The notes beneath the pieces are model-generated. The model had not been told where the DNA came from, did no database searches, and saw only the letters and a list, made by a program, of their open reading frames with translations. Below are positions 11,683 to 24,107 of a stretch of DNA of 64,000 bases, one piece after another; the stretch's first letter is position 1; each line of letters begins with the position of its first letter. This DNA comes from Paraphysomonas bandaiensis (lineage: Eukaryota; Protista; Chrysophyceae). The translations under genes and the position numbers were made by a program. The stretch spans positions 124,001-188,000 of the forward strand of contig CBFFRP010000149.1 of assembly GCA_965644295.1 (NCBI GenBank), given 5' to 3'.

Positions 11683-14600
11683 TGGTAGCGAGCGAGGAGG
11701 AGAGAAGGAGGATAGAGGAGTAGTGCCACAGTTTAATGAGAGCAATGTTGAACAATGGATTGAAGACTTCGAAACGTTCCTCATGAGGAAAGAGCAAAGT
11801 GAAGTAGCGGTGGAGCCACCACCGAAGGAAAGCGACTTTGGGGAACAGCCACTCACGTTAATGGAGGAGAAGTCTTACAGACAGGCTGTGAAGAAGTACT
11901 GGAAGGCGAATGCCATAGCGTATTCGTACTGCAGAGAGGCAGTGCAAACATCTTCGAAGGCGCTTCAGAAATTCCATCTTCTACATAAAGGGTTCAAGGC
12001 TGATGGAAAAGGAAGCAACAGGTTTAAGGCGCATATTATGATTGATGAGTTGAAGAAGTGCTTTGCTGGAGGGAAGCAAAACAAGATCAGTGAGCTGTTG
12101 ACTCAGTATGGATCTTTCCGTATGCGTCCGGAGGAGACTGCGAAGGACTATATAATACGGTTTGAAATACTGCTGAAAGAGCTACAGGAGCAGCAGCAGG
12201 ACATATCGGAGCTCTCAAAAATAACACGGTTACGAGAAGGTCTGTTGAATGAAGAATATGCTCCTCTGAATGTTGCTTTGTAGTTGATGCCTGATGATGT
12301 TGATTATGCAACATTATCAAGGAAGATAGAAAGGTATGATGATACCATTCCTGGAAGGATTGCGTTAGAGCGGAAACGCAAGAAGGTGGAGGAGCTGAAT
12401 TTCATTGAAAAGAGCAAACGGTCTCGAACAGAACGGGATAAGCGTAAGAAGGGCAACTGTAGATATTGCAGGAAAGAAGGAATTCCTCATAGCCATTCAA
12501 CTGAACAGTGCAGGAGGAAGCAGAGGAAGAAGGATGGAGAGATATCAGGGCAGCGTCCTGGAAGTGCTGAGTATACGGGATGCAGAAATTGCAAGTCTCT
12601 GGAACATCTTGCTGCTGATTGTCCAACGACGAAGAAAAAGCATTCTAGAAGAGGAGAGAAAGGGAAGAATCATGGTAGGAAGCCGGACAAAAGGCTGCTG
12701 ACAGTAGAGAATATACGGCGTGGAGAACCAGCAGATTTCTCTGATGAAGATGAAGCAAATATGATCGAGGATGTTATGAAATTGTCATGCAATATACATG
12801 AAACGAATATATGTAGTGTAAATGATGACATGCATTATACATATATTGACACCTGCTGTTCATCATCAATGTTCTTGATGAATGATGTGACCATGCTTGA
12901 TACTCATATGAATACATCAAAGGTGATAAACGGCTCTAAGAAGGGATCAGAGATTCATATTACAAGTGTGGGTTCCCGTGGAGCATGGAGAGACATTGAA
13001 ATTTCAGATCAGATCAATCGATGCCTGTGCTCCGGACGTAAGCTGAACGAAATGGGCTATCGATTCACGGTGTGGTATGGGATCCAAATTTATGACTGTA
13101 ATACCGGTGAGCTGGTACTGGAGGGACCCATGAAGAATGGAATGACTGCAGTTCCAACTCAGCAGCTGTTGGAGCTTCCAGATGTGTCTACACCGAGTAA
13201 TTGTGAAGTAAATCTTAGCGATAGGACTGGTGAGGACGAGCTGGAGTTGCTGCATCGGAGAGCGGGTCACTTCAACAAACATGCTTTAGTAGAGGTACAT
13301 AAGAGGATGCTCATCATGGGTACAGGGTTGAAACGAAAACACCTCACAGCCAAGGTACACAAAAATCAGTGTTTGTGTGATGTGTGTGCCAGGTCTAAGA
13401 TAACCCGAGTCAGCTTCCGAACGAAGGACGAGAATTCCGTTAGACCGAATTTTTCAGCAGATATCGCTGTGTACTTAAATTGTCCTGCTAGAGGAGGTGA
13501 GAGGTATGTGTTAAAGATAACGCATCATGCCAGCAAAATGTTCTGGGCGACGGGTTTAGTCCACAGAACTGGGGAAGCGGTCTTAGAAGTCTTCAAAGAG
13601 CTATTTAGAGGAGATGTTAAAAGGTACAAGCTCAAGATGGAGCACTATCATGCAGATGGTGCAAGAGAGTTAATCAGTGAAGAGCTGCGTCAGTATCTTA
13701 GGACACAGGAGTGCTATCAACATACGTGGAGCTCAACAGACTCTCCAGAAATGAATGCCATAGAGGAGAGGAAGTTCAGAACTGCTGGAGAGATGACTCT
13801 TGCAATGCTAATCCAATCTGGACTGCCACCGCAATTTTGGCTGGATGCATACATGGCAGCCAGATATATTTTGATTCGATTGCCAACGAAAACAGATAAA
13901 GGGTATATGTCTCCTATAGAGTTTCTAACGGGTGAGCCTCCAAATTTGAGATATCTTAGGGTATGGGGGTGTCGAACTTATGTTCTTTCACCGAAGGCGG
14001 ATCGACGAAAGGATTGGGAGGATAAGGCTCTAGTTGGATATTTAATGGGTTACTCTGATGAGAAGGTAGGATACCATGTATATCTTCCTGAATCAAACAA
14101 GGTGGTGACTACAGTCCATATATTGACTGATGAGTCAACGCCATCACGATCAGAGAAGTATTTCGCAGAGATTGATGCTCTTCGAGTGCGGGAGGCCGCT
14201 AGACCCAAGCTTGCATCCGACTATGTCAGCTTAGAAGGAACGTATCATATTGATGATGAGGACGGACTTCTGTATAAGACAACAAGAGTTGTAGAACGTA
14301 AGGGTGTGATTGTAGCATATCGTTCACTTGTTACTGCAGGTCGCGAGCATATAGAGCACCGGGTGCCTATACACGTCGAAGACGTGGTGCGTATGACTGC
14401 AGAAACCCCCGGGAATACCGGGTACATAGGAAAGGGGGACGCCCTGAGTACTACGCCAGCCAGGGAGCTGGACCAGGGAAGACCTGGAGGGTTCCAGGAG
14501 AGTCCTGACCCAACCTGTCAACAGACAGTCGTGAGGTTGCAGACCATGACAGACCACCGTGGGTCTGGGGATGCGAGCGGGGCTCCTCCCACACCGCAAG

Positions 14601-16427
14601 ATTTGCGGGCTCAGGATGAGCAAGGTATGGGTTCGTATATATCTACTAGACGACCTATTGAACTAGATGGTGATGGTCGTGTACGGCGGAAACGGCTACA
14701 GCGTAGGTTGGCGAACGCATCGGTGTTAGGAGAAATAAATATGGTTGAGGTGCCAGATGCATGCACTGTTAACTTTAAACATGCAGAGTTTCAACATGAT
14801 GACTTTAAGATACCAGACTCCTATGCTGAAGCGGAGAGATCTCCACAGTACATGAAGTGGCGAGAAGCTCGGAAGGTGGAGAAGACCTCACTACTGAAGA
14901 GGCGTGTCTTAAAGATTGTGCGGACTCCACGGGGAGTGAAGTTGGTGCGAGCAAAGTATGTTCACACGGTGAAGAGAGACCTTCTGGGGAATGTAGTCAA
15001 GTATAAGGCGCGGCTGGTTGCATTAGGAAATTTACAAGAAAAAACGGAGGAGGAGCAGTCCACGTTTGCTCCAGTGGTCAAAGGAATAACCATTCGACTG
15101 GTGCTTGCAATTGCCTTTATGTTTCATATGCATGTACATCAGTTGGACGTATCATCAGCGTTTTGTTATGCCGATCTTGAGGAGGATGTTTATATATGGC
15201 ACCTCCACCTGATGAAGAGTTGCCAGCGGGGTGGTGTTTTCAATTGATCAAGGCCTTATATGGTTTGCGGTCATCACCAAGGCAGTGGAACAAGCATATT
15301 GACAAGTTTATCAAATCGTTACATTTTACTGCTTGCATTTTAGATACATGCTTGTATATGCGATGGAGTAATGGTCAATTGCACTTATTGCTGATATATG
15401 TTGATGATATTATCATTGCATCTGCTGATCTCACCTACTTAGAAAGTGTTAAACGTAGGTTCTGCGAAACGTTTGAAATGCACGATCTAGGTGTGTGCAA
15501 ACGGTTTCTGAATATCAGAATCACGAGAGGCGAGGACTGGTACATGTTAGATCAATCGGAATATGCCAAGAATATTGTAAAGAAATTCGATTCGTTTATG
15601 GGGAAGAGCAGTAAGAATAAGGAGACTCCACTACCTACCAATGTTCAGGATTTGTTGGCAGAGCAACGTGAGCTGACGGAGGAGCAGAAGCAGTGGGTCG
15701 AATCATTTCCGTATAGAGGAATTATTGGAGCGGTGTTGCATTTGGCGATTCACACTAGACCTGATCTGGCTTACGCTGTGGGGTTATTGGCTCGATTTAG
15801 TACTTCTCCAACATATGCGACTTGCAGATTAGCTATTCATTTGTTGAAATATTTACGTGGTACAGTTGATAAGGGAATCAGATTCAGTGGGAGTGAGTTT
15901 GATTTACATGTATTCAGTGATTCAGACTGGGCTGGTGATAGGATGACTAGGCGGTCCACAACGGGATACATCGTGCTTTTATGTGCGGGCGCTTTGGCCT
16001 GGCAGTCCAAGCTTCAGACCACAGTTGCGACTTCGAGCATGGAATCTGAGTATATGGCGGAGTATGCGGCTTTGCAAGAACTGGTGTGGCTTCGGGGGTG
16101 TTCAAGGAGCTCGGACTCTTGGTAGCGAAGCCGACTCCATTCTTTATGGATAGTAAGAGTGCAAAGGATCTTTCAGAGAATCCAGTGTATCATAAGAGGT
16201 CGAAGCATATTGACATCAAGTATCACTGGATAAGAGAACATGTTAATGGAAAATTTCCTACAGCAAAGTTGATTCATGTATCTACGGATGATATGGCGGC
16301 CGATATTTTTACAAAGGCGTTGTCCACGAAGATCTTCAGCCGTCATGAGAAAACGATTACCGGGGTTAAGAGGAGTGTGTCTAACAGTGTGGAGGAGCAG
16401 CAGAAGAAACGACCCCGAAGAGGTTAA
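11666..16427 (+). pseudogene. Copia gag-pol polyprotein with one in-frame stop (12281-12283) and two frameshifts (~15195, ~16095)
   Basis: Zn knuckles CRYC..H..C and CRNCKSLEHLAADC. Integrase HRRAGH..CDVC with D(SAD), D(HADG), E(EER). RT YKARLVA, HQLDVSSAF, YVDD. RNaseH SDSDWAG and KRSKHIDIKYHWIRE. Confidence 0.9.
11683..11694 (+). promoter_or_regulatory. Primer-binding site TGGTAGCGAGCG, probably initiator tRNA-Met
   Basis: Directly abuts the 5' LTR. TGGTAGC matches the pattern of iMet PBSs (e.g. Ty1 TGGTAGCGCC). Confidence 0.75.
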
Positions 16428-16597
16428 AGGTGTGTTTTAGTGGGTGAAAATCCCACATAACTGTATATCTAGTTGACTGCTAGATATATATGTATCTTTA
16501 AAAGATTTCACATCTGTTTTTACCTATGGGACTAGATAGTCATAGCATTATCAGATTATTGTGATCACTGTTGTTTTATCTCACTGCATTCTACATT

Positions 16598-16606
16598 GAG
16601 TGGGAG
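16598..16606 (+). promoter_or_regulatory. Polypurine tract GAGTGGGAG
   Basis: Immediately 5' of the 3' LTR. Confidence 0.7.
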
Positions 16607-16900
16607 TATTAGAATATGGATCTTATTCTAGTATATTCAGTATGTCACTTCAAGACAATGTACGAGAATACAGTGAAATATAGTGATGTACAAATGCTGT
16701 GATGATATTGAGAAACTGAAATAGTGTGATCGTTCAAGATATGTTCAGTAACGAGAGGTTCGCATATGTAGGATATTATGCAGGGATTATAATGAGTTAG
16801 TGTTGGTTATCACAACTTCGTGTAAACGATATTAATAAATCTATCTAGTCTTACGACAAATTCTCTCTGTGATCTAGTGTAAAATGAGCGTTTCTCAATA
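16607..16900 (+). repeat. 3' LTR
   Basis: Appears identical to the 5' LTR and is followed by TSD GTTGA (16901-16905). Confidence 0.95.
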
Positions 16901-17508
16901 GTTGAAATGAACGAAATAATTTATCATGTTGTTGACATGTGTTACATGACAACACACACAACTGTGTATACAATTATAATAACGTAATCTATCTAGTTTG
17001 ACTAACTTAAACTTCTCTTGAAACGATCTTAATCATCTGAAAATGGTCAATACTCAATACGTTTCTCAGTACACGTTCCTATCAAATACTTAATATGGTA
17101 GAGGTAGAGTACGACTACTGTACCACTAAACTATAGTTGCCTCTTTAGCTACTGTGTATACATAGATAATACAGAGAGTACTGTACACTAGCCGTTGGTC
17201 TATGGAATCTCATTGTAGCAATATTTACATCACTTTACTTGAGGATAGCATTTATCAAGAAACAAGGGGAGGGGGGAGGCAAGCCCCTTTTTACCCCCAA
17301 ACCCCCAAGGGTAAAAAACATTTGCTTTCTTACTTCCATTACAGACTTTAATGACATGTGAGAGAGTTGCAATTTTCAAAAAGTTCAGCTTCAGTATTTA
17401 TGTTTTGAATCCGTCTCCAGTGTTCAAGAATATTAAGGGTGAAGATGTACAAGTCAGAGAAATTGCATGGTTTGTTTGCATGAATGATATGATACAGGAG
17501 GAAATAAC

Positions 17509-17775
17509 CAGTTATTTTTCATGAACAAACCTTCTCTTGACGAAAAGTTAAAATCAGCGATGAACGCTCTTGCGAGCAAAATCGGTCGGTAAGTTATTGT
17601 TGACCACGATATTAACCTATTAAAAAATGATCTCAAAATGGCAAGCGAAACACAGTTGCAATTCATTACTTGCATCGTGGTCAACAATAACTTACCGACC
17701 GATTTTCCTCTCAAGAGCGTTCATCGCTGATTTCATCTTTTCGTCAAGAGAAGGTTTGTTCATGAAAAATAACTG
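17509..17775. mobile_element. Foldback/MITE, 267 bp, ~102-bp inverted arms
   Basis: 17509-17610 is a near-perfect reverse complement of 17674-17775 (few mismatches). CAG..CTG ends, flanked by AC/AC. Confidence 0.8.
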
Positions 17776-17929
17776 ACTTAGTTAGTATCGTCGAAAGGGA
17801 TTTATATGCAGAGCGATACAACAATGAAGACTATATATACATTACGACTTTCTTGGTACCCCTCGTTTTTTTATATTGTCTACACGTTTACACTACAACA
17901 CTATATAGCCTTTACTTATTTTACATCTC

Positions 17930-18853
17930 TCAATGCGTTGAGTTCTTTTTCTTATTTTTCTTCCCCGAGCTACTATTTGTATTTGTTTCTCTGGAGCACA
18001 GCCCACATGCCTCTATTCCGATCCTGGCAACGTTTGCAATGTGCTTAAATCTATCTGGCCCTAAGTGAATTCCGCCATACCATCTTGACACTACAACTAA
18101 TACATTATCTGCTCCCATTACAGCTAGAAGCTGAGCAAGCTTTTGCCCTGCCGCTGCTTCTCCATCATCGTCATTGTCTGCAATAACTACCGAGCCTTCT
18201 CGGTCCTCAGAAACTGTCAATATTCTGTAAGCGTACATTTTGTGCGTTGCTCTGGCTATCTTACGATCAGCAGTAAGTGTACGCAAAACATAGTTCACAT
18301 CATCCACACTTAATACTCTGGCGACATGTGCCTGAAACGTGCTTTTCCGGTCCACTAAAGGCTCCCCGTGGTAAATTTCATACTCATCATTCATGTTAAT
18401 ATCATCATATTCTCCCTCAGAATCTTGTATTTCCGCATTCCTATCATTTATTTCTGTTTCAGTGAACACACCAGCAGATGACAAGTTAGCCGATACATTT
18501 CCTAATGAGCCAGTGTGTATATGTTCTTTCACCCACTCAACACAGTCGAACAGCACGACTTCACCTCCACTCTCTGAATATATGATGCTGAAAGCATCCA
18601 TCGCAGACTCTCTAACTGAATCTAAAATGTCACGTCCAATCAATTCAAATACAGGGGCACTTTCGGATGGATAAGTAGATGGTAATGTCGTTCTCAAATT
18701 GACTCCTGCATTAACTTTTATATCCACCACATGTGCATCGGCATATGTATCAAAACGAGTTGTGATAATCTCATCACCGTATATAGATTTCAATACATCG
18801 ATCTCCTCCTCCTGTCGGGATAAGTTCTCTGAGTGTTGTTCATCTTTCTCCAT
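17930..18853 (-). CDS. IMPACT: IMPACT/YIH1 protein (RWD + UPF0029 domain)
   Basis: RWD motifs EEIDVLKSIYG and LPSTYPSESAP. UPF0029 motifs DRKSTFQAH, ARATHKMYAYR, DDDGEAAAG and VVVSRWYGGIHLGPDRFKHI. First ATG at 18853. Confidence 0.92.
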   Translation of the reverse strand: MEKDEQHSENLSRQEEEIDVLKSIYGDEIITTRFDTYADAHVVDIKVNAGVNLRTTLPSTYPSESAPVFELIGRDILDSVRESAMDAFSIIYSESGGEVVLFDCVEWVKEHIHTGSLGNVSANLSSAGVFTETEINDRNAEIQDSEGEYDDINMNDEYEIYHGEPLVDRKSTFQAHVARVLSVDDVNYVLRTLTADRKIARATHKMYAYRILTVSEDREGSVVIADNDDDGEAAAGQKLAQLLAVMGADNVLVVVSRWYGGIHLGPDRFKHIANVARIGIEACGLCSRETNTNSSSGKKNKKKNSTH

Positions 18854-19461
18854 ATTAATACAGTGAGATAGTGTATGTAACAACTGATATAAGTCGTATG
18901 GTTATACTTGTGAATACAAGGCACTACTAGGATGCAAGTATACAGCTAAACAGTTGTTTAGGATCGCTCCCCAGTGAAGTAAACCCTTTCTTATCCCTAT
19001 AAGGAGGGGGTTAGAGAGTAATTGGTAGTAAGGGAGTGTTGTATGGTTAGTTTGATGCAAGAGCTTATGGATGTTATGTGTAGATGAGACTGCTGCTGTG
19101 TGATATGACCATCTAACTGCTTCTATACGTACCGTATACCGTATATGCTACTCTGTGTGTGCGTATGATGTACTCCTATACCACTGCTGTATACACAAAA
19201 GTACATTTAGGCAATACAAAAACTTTGTGTATACATGCATATTCATTACTTTCTATATCAAAAAACAAGAGAAATTGTACCAGAAAGTAGGAAAACTATT
19301 TCCAAAATGACAAAACCCTGTATTTGGATTCCAAAAAACTCTAATATATAGATTCCTGTTGTCCTCATATATTAATGCATATATCAATGTGTTCATACCA
19401 TAATAACATACATACATACCACACCTCTCCATTCATAGTGTGATTGATATCATTATTCATT

Positions 19462-20191
19462 ATGATTCTAAGTATTCAAGATCCTCAAATATTCACATGT
19501 ATCCTCTGGATATGCCTCCTTGTAGAGGCTACCAGAATAGCTCTAGGTACACACATATATCTATATAATCCCATATACAACTGAATATAACTATATATAC
19601 ACAGGATTATATATGATTCGTCCATCTAATAAGTTGAAGATAGTATTGAATCAACATAAATCAATATTGAAAGAATTACAAACTATTAAAAGTATTCAAC
19701 TTGAGTTTGTAAGACACTCATTATTAACAAGAAAAATTATTAAAATTGAAAAAGAAATAACTGATCTTCGTGGTATGTTATATATATCTTTTATTTATCA
19801 TGTAATATCGATTTCAGCTGCAGCATCAAATGTTCTTGTAAATTTAAAGCGCAAATTTGGAATCTTTAGGGCAAGTACACCTGTCGATGGTCTGATATAT
19901 TTCTAACGATATTTGTTTAGGTTGCAGTCTTCGCCTGTTTATGTTTTTTGCTTGGTTGGCGTCAGTTGGTTGTATGCGAAGCATCGGTGAGCTTTATGAT
20001 CTCTGTTTCTTGCTACCTAATATGTATATGATATTCAGGGCTTTCCAGTTATGGCAAAATTCTTTTCAAGTAGCAACGTAGTCATCTACAGAGGATGGAT
20101 TCATATTCTTCTCTCGATGCTAGCCTGTCGATATGTACTTAGAAAGGTTGTTACATTTGTGTTCCCAAGTTGTAGATCGCAGCAGTTCTAA
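19462..20191 (+). CDS. GET1/WRB-like small membrane protein (TM, coiled coil, 2 TM), about 5 exons
   Basis: Spliced product MILSIQDPQIFTCILWICLLVEATRIALG|LYMIRP..IKSIQLEFVRHSLLTRKIIKIEKEI..|VAVFACLCFLLGW..|GWIHILLSMLACRYVL. The coiled coil resembles GET1 'DEF.K.AKL.RK+.K'. Confidence 0.55.
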
Positions 20192-21070
20192 ATTCATAAG
20201 TATCGTCGAACTTGTATCATCAAATGGTTGAATGTGCGTTTGTCGTATGTTTGTGTCATGCCGTGTAGTTCTAAAGTTATCTGGCTTGAAGTTTTGATGA
20301 CTATTAGGCTTAGTTAAACTTCGTGTAGAATATTCATATTTTCATTGTCAGCTGGAGGCTTTAATAGAAGTTTGGGGTTCCGTAGAGCTAGAGGGAAATG
20401 TTCAATAAAGGCTAGTGAACGTACTTCAGCTCAGAAGGCTTGATCAGTTGTACTAGATATCAATATATCTCATATATTGTGTGCACAAAAGCAAGAAAGA
20501 AGAATCACGTTCTTGTATCTCGTGAGATACATCTCTTATAAAAGAAGTTCAGCAGCATACTATATAAGTAAACTACAGACTACAGTGAAAAGTAAAATGT
20601 TGCTATTTCCGGATAATATTCTGGCTGTCATGGGATTGAAAGGCTGACTTCACAGTATAACAACTTTTACTACACTATATAGAGTACATTAGATGTATAG
20701 TATTAACAGCTAGCTACAGTGCCATAGTACGTTATACGTTAGCAGTATACCATTATCTATTATACGGGTTGTAGTCCAATATGTATAGTATCTTAGTGTG
20801 TTGTGTGAGGGCATACAAGTGTAGTGTGTGACAGTAAGGAAAGATTGTAGTATAAGCCATTATTATCACACACGAACTCTGATAAACAAGTTAATTTACT
20901 TTAACCTCTGTTATCAACATATGGCTTGCAACAAGAACTTGTAGTGTAAAGAGATGTCTATATACTATATTGCCTAGCTATCCTATACAAATAGATGCAA
21001 ACTAATAAAGAGCGGTAAGTAACGGATTTAATCAGTGAATACTTTAGATAGGACACCGAGTATTTCCCTT

Positions 21071-23693
21071 TTACCAATGAAATTCCTCAAAGCCCAACAC
21101 CTCCTTTTCTACTTGTAGATCTATTTTTCCTGGCACCCTAAGTGAAGGCTGCGTAAATTCGTTTATATCATTCAGTCCATCACCATTATATTTATACTGA
21201 TCTAGATCCAATGAGGCAGCGACCTCCAGTGGTAGTTGGTCCGCCAGTGCCGAGTGCATCATCCGTCCTCGACCACTATATACAAGCGTGATCACCAGCA
21301 GTGCACCCAGTGCGTATATTTGATCGTATGATTCTTTGAGAACCATCATACCCACCATCGTACATTGGGCAATAATCAACCCAAAAGAGAATCTCTCCGC
21401 TAACAAGGGGTACATCTTTCCACCTGTCTCAAAAACTGGGTCGTATATATAGAGCATTTGGTGCTTGTAAACGAGCCCGGCAAGAAAAAAATAGCACATG
21501 GACATCAAGAGTAGTATTGGGGAAATGTTCGCGTAGGTCATCGAGACAACTACAACCACCATATCTTGGGCATATATCTTGTCAATTGGCAACCATCCTG
21601 CATTTGTTATATTTCGAATAATGCCAAGATAAACGGCATCCTTGTCCCTGGGAGTTTTATCCGGTGTGAGATATTTCAGCGCGTGTCCAGCGTATCCTAC
21701 TACACGCATGAGCTCCATTCCTAGGCCTGTGAAAGCCTTCCACATGATATACTCCGTAAAAAATCCGCCAACAGCAGGAAGCGAGGCACCTAAAAGCTCA
21801 AATGCGGAAGAAGGCGATTTAAGGATATCTGACAAAGCATCCACAACGGACCCAGCAATAGTCGTTACCAAGAGGACATTGATAACCTGAAAGTTAAAAT
21901 ACCTCTTGAATACACCAGCCTGTACTCGTGAAACGGACACGATGCCCTCAAAAATACCTAGAGCAGTAAGAATTGGTGGAAGAAGGCTCATGAGAACCAA
22001 GAGTGCAAGAGGCTGCATAGATTCTACAATTGAGAGAACAAAGGATGATCTTTCGCATAGCATATTCACTGTATCGGAATAGGATCTAATGGACGAGGAC
22101 GATACCACAAGCGATACAACAGTTACAGGGGCAATCCACGCGACAATAAGAAGGGTAACCACAATTTCCACGAGAGTTACACGCATCATCTGGTTTATGC
22201 GGGTTACATACATGTTGTCCCATAGAATATCGTTCGATTCAGGACACTCACTGACAGTCAATTTTCCGGCTCTTCTGGTGTGAACTACTTGTCTTGCACA
22301 CGTCGCAGCGCTGAAAGTATTAAAAGTCACAAACCCTTTTGACAAAAATAATGTCTGACTATCACACGAACTAATTAGAGCCGTACTCTCATTAAGAGGA
22401 GCAGGGTCATAAGTACGACCCCTCTTGATAGTGTTCCAACAGTCTTTCGCGGAGGTAGATGAGAGGATACTGCAGCACCAGTTGTAGTATGAAATACGTC
22501 TCGTTACTGGCGGTAGAGAACTATCCTCACCACTATTAAACTCAACATCCACTCTGGGGTCACTAAACGTACAGTTCTGTGGCTCTAGTCGAGAACTAAT
22601 AGGCTCTATAATAATGCTTCCACGGCGTGAGAGCATATACTCAAGTGATCCTGCATCTTCCACTGGCACATACCTTGCAACAGTGGCAACGGCATTCTGT
22701 CTAGAAGAGTTATTCGCCTGCTCCACAAACATCATCAATCGCTCCTTCTCCTTTGCTATCGCATTATTTAGAGCGGATATTAGCTGTCGGTGGTATCGGA
22801 TGGAATCGACCTCGTAAGACATCCCCCCGATTAGCACGCTTGGCCTTACACCCGTGCGTTTAAAGTTGTACATCGTGCGTTCTAAGGTCGTGACTGCCTT
22901 TAGGCGGTCAGATATCATTTCATCTAGAACGCGTGTGTCAATGCAAAGCCTTGCGTTATGTACCTGTCCCGGGTAGAGTGTTTCGAAGTATGCTCTCAGT
23001 GTGATGTTTGAACGCAGGTTCGATGGAACGTCTTGTACGATTATAGTGCGGGTACGTGCTCGCCTTTGTCGCAAATACATGTGACGATAACGTGTATATA
23101 CAACATACTCTTCTTCAAGCATGTATAAGCTGATAATTGTAAGTATGAACATCCCGCCTGTGTGATACCAAAGCAACGGACTCTGTTGGGGTATACTTGA
23201 CATGGAAAGTGAGTCAAATGAATTCAGATTTGCATCACTATATGTTGACCTGCGTAATGAAATGATCTAGAGATGGAACAGTGACAGAAGTATCATACCA
23301 GTTAATGGGAAGAAGAACACACAAACCATATATACTAAAATAGGCACAAATCTGAAGTGCCAATCTGTAGAATCTAATAAAGAACACGACATCATATCCA
23401 GCTTTCTCTAGAACTGTTCTTTCATCAATATTCCAAAGGTAGATAATCCACCCCAGATAAGAATCAGTTGGCATTGGAGGTGGAACTTGATTGGGAAACT
23501 TAATACTCTTAGTATGAAAGTGTGACGGGTATATAGAGCGTATCACTATGAATGACAATACGCATATAGTGAATAGCAATATATTTAATATCAACATATC
23601 GAATAAAACACCCATATCAACATTACTTGATTGATTGAATGCATCGACATTCTCCAGCCATGAAGGTATCAGCCAATCTAATCGTCTTCTCAT
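21071..23693 (-). CDS. OSCA/TMEM63 (CSC1-like) ion channel, 2 exons
   Basis: GYDVVFFIRF, CVLLPIN, GFVTF, P..DILWDN, YFNFQVINVLLVTTIAG, FFTEYI and VYKHQMLYIY..FETGG. Many TM helices. Confidence 0.9.
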
Positions 23694-23952
23694 TGTATGT
23701 ATGTATGAATGTATGTATGTATGTATGTATATACGATGCAGTTATATTGAGACAAACAGGCACTCAGTTGTAATGAAATGATCAGAGTGTATGATTAGTC
23801 GATTGACTGAGATGAGATGAAGATCATTACTTCATGCAATAGTGTATCTGTTGTGTGACTAATAGAGCAATGAGTGTGTTATGTCCTGCTATAGTATGAT
23901 CCTCTATATCTATCATACACTCTGGAGATGCTCCTTACCCACACTAACTACG

Positions 23953-24107
23953 TATAGGTATAGCAGTACGTGTAATACTATAGGTATAGCAGTACGTGTA
24001 ATACTATAGGTATAGCAGTACGTGTAATACTATAGGTATAGCAGTACGTGTAATACTATAGGTATAGCAGTACGTGTAATACTATAGGTATAGCAGTACG
24101 TGTAATA
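23953..24107. repeat. 26-bp minisatellite (TATAGGTATAGCAGTACGTGTAATAC) x6
   Basis: Six perfect tandem copies, the last one truncated by 1 bp. Confidence 0.95.

Larger units (their letters stand above)
11389..16900 (+). mobile_element. Full-length Ty1/copia LTR retrotransposon
   Basis: 294-bp LTRs at 11389-11682 and 16607-16900, TSD GTTGA on both sides, PBS, PPT, and domain order gag-PR-INT-RT-RNaseH. Confidence 0.97.
11223..17073 (+). mobile_element. Older solo LTR (11223-11388 + 16906-17073) split by the copia insertion
   Basis: Starts TGTTGG, ends GTACA, flanked by 5-bp TSD CGTTC (11218-11222 and 17074-17078). Patchy similarity to the young LTR (GAAACTGAA, TTCAAGATA, AATCTATCTAGT, AAAATG..CTCAATA). 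Confidence 0.7.

Noticed and set aside
11666-11700. gag ATG lying inside the LTR and reading through the PBS as a novelty
   Set aside because: This arrangement is already known from yeast Ty1.
12281-12283. TAG reassignment (alternative genetic code)
   Set aside because: Host genes and the Harbinger ORF end normally in TAG, and no in-frame TAGs appear in the long conserved host ORFs.
17454-17714. 86-aa ORF
   Set aside because: Lies within the foldback element and has a non-ATG start.
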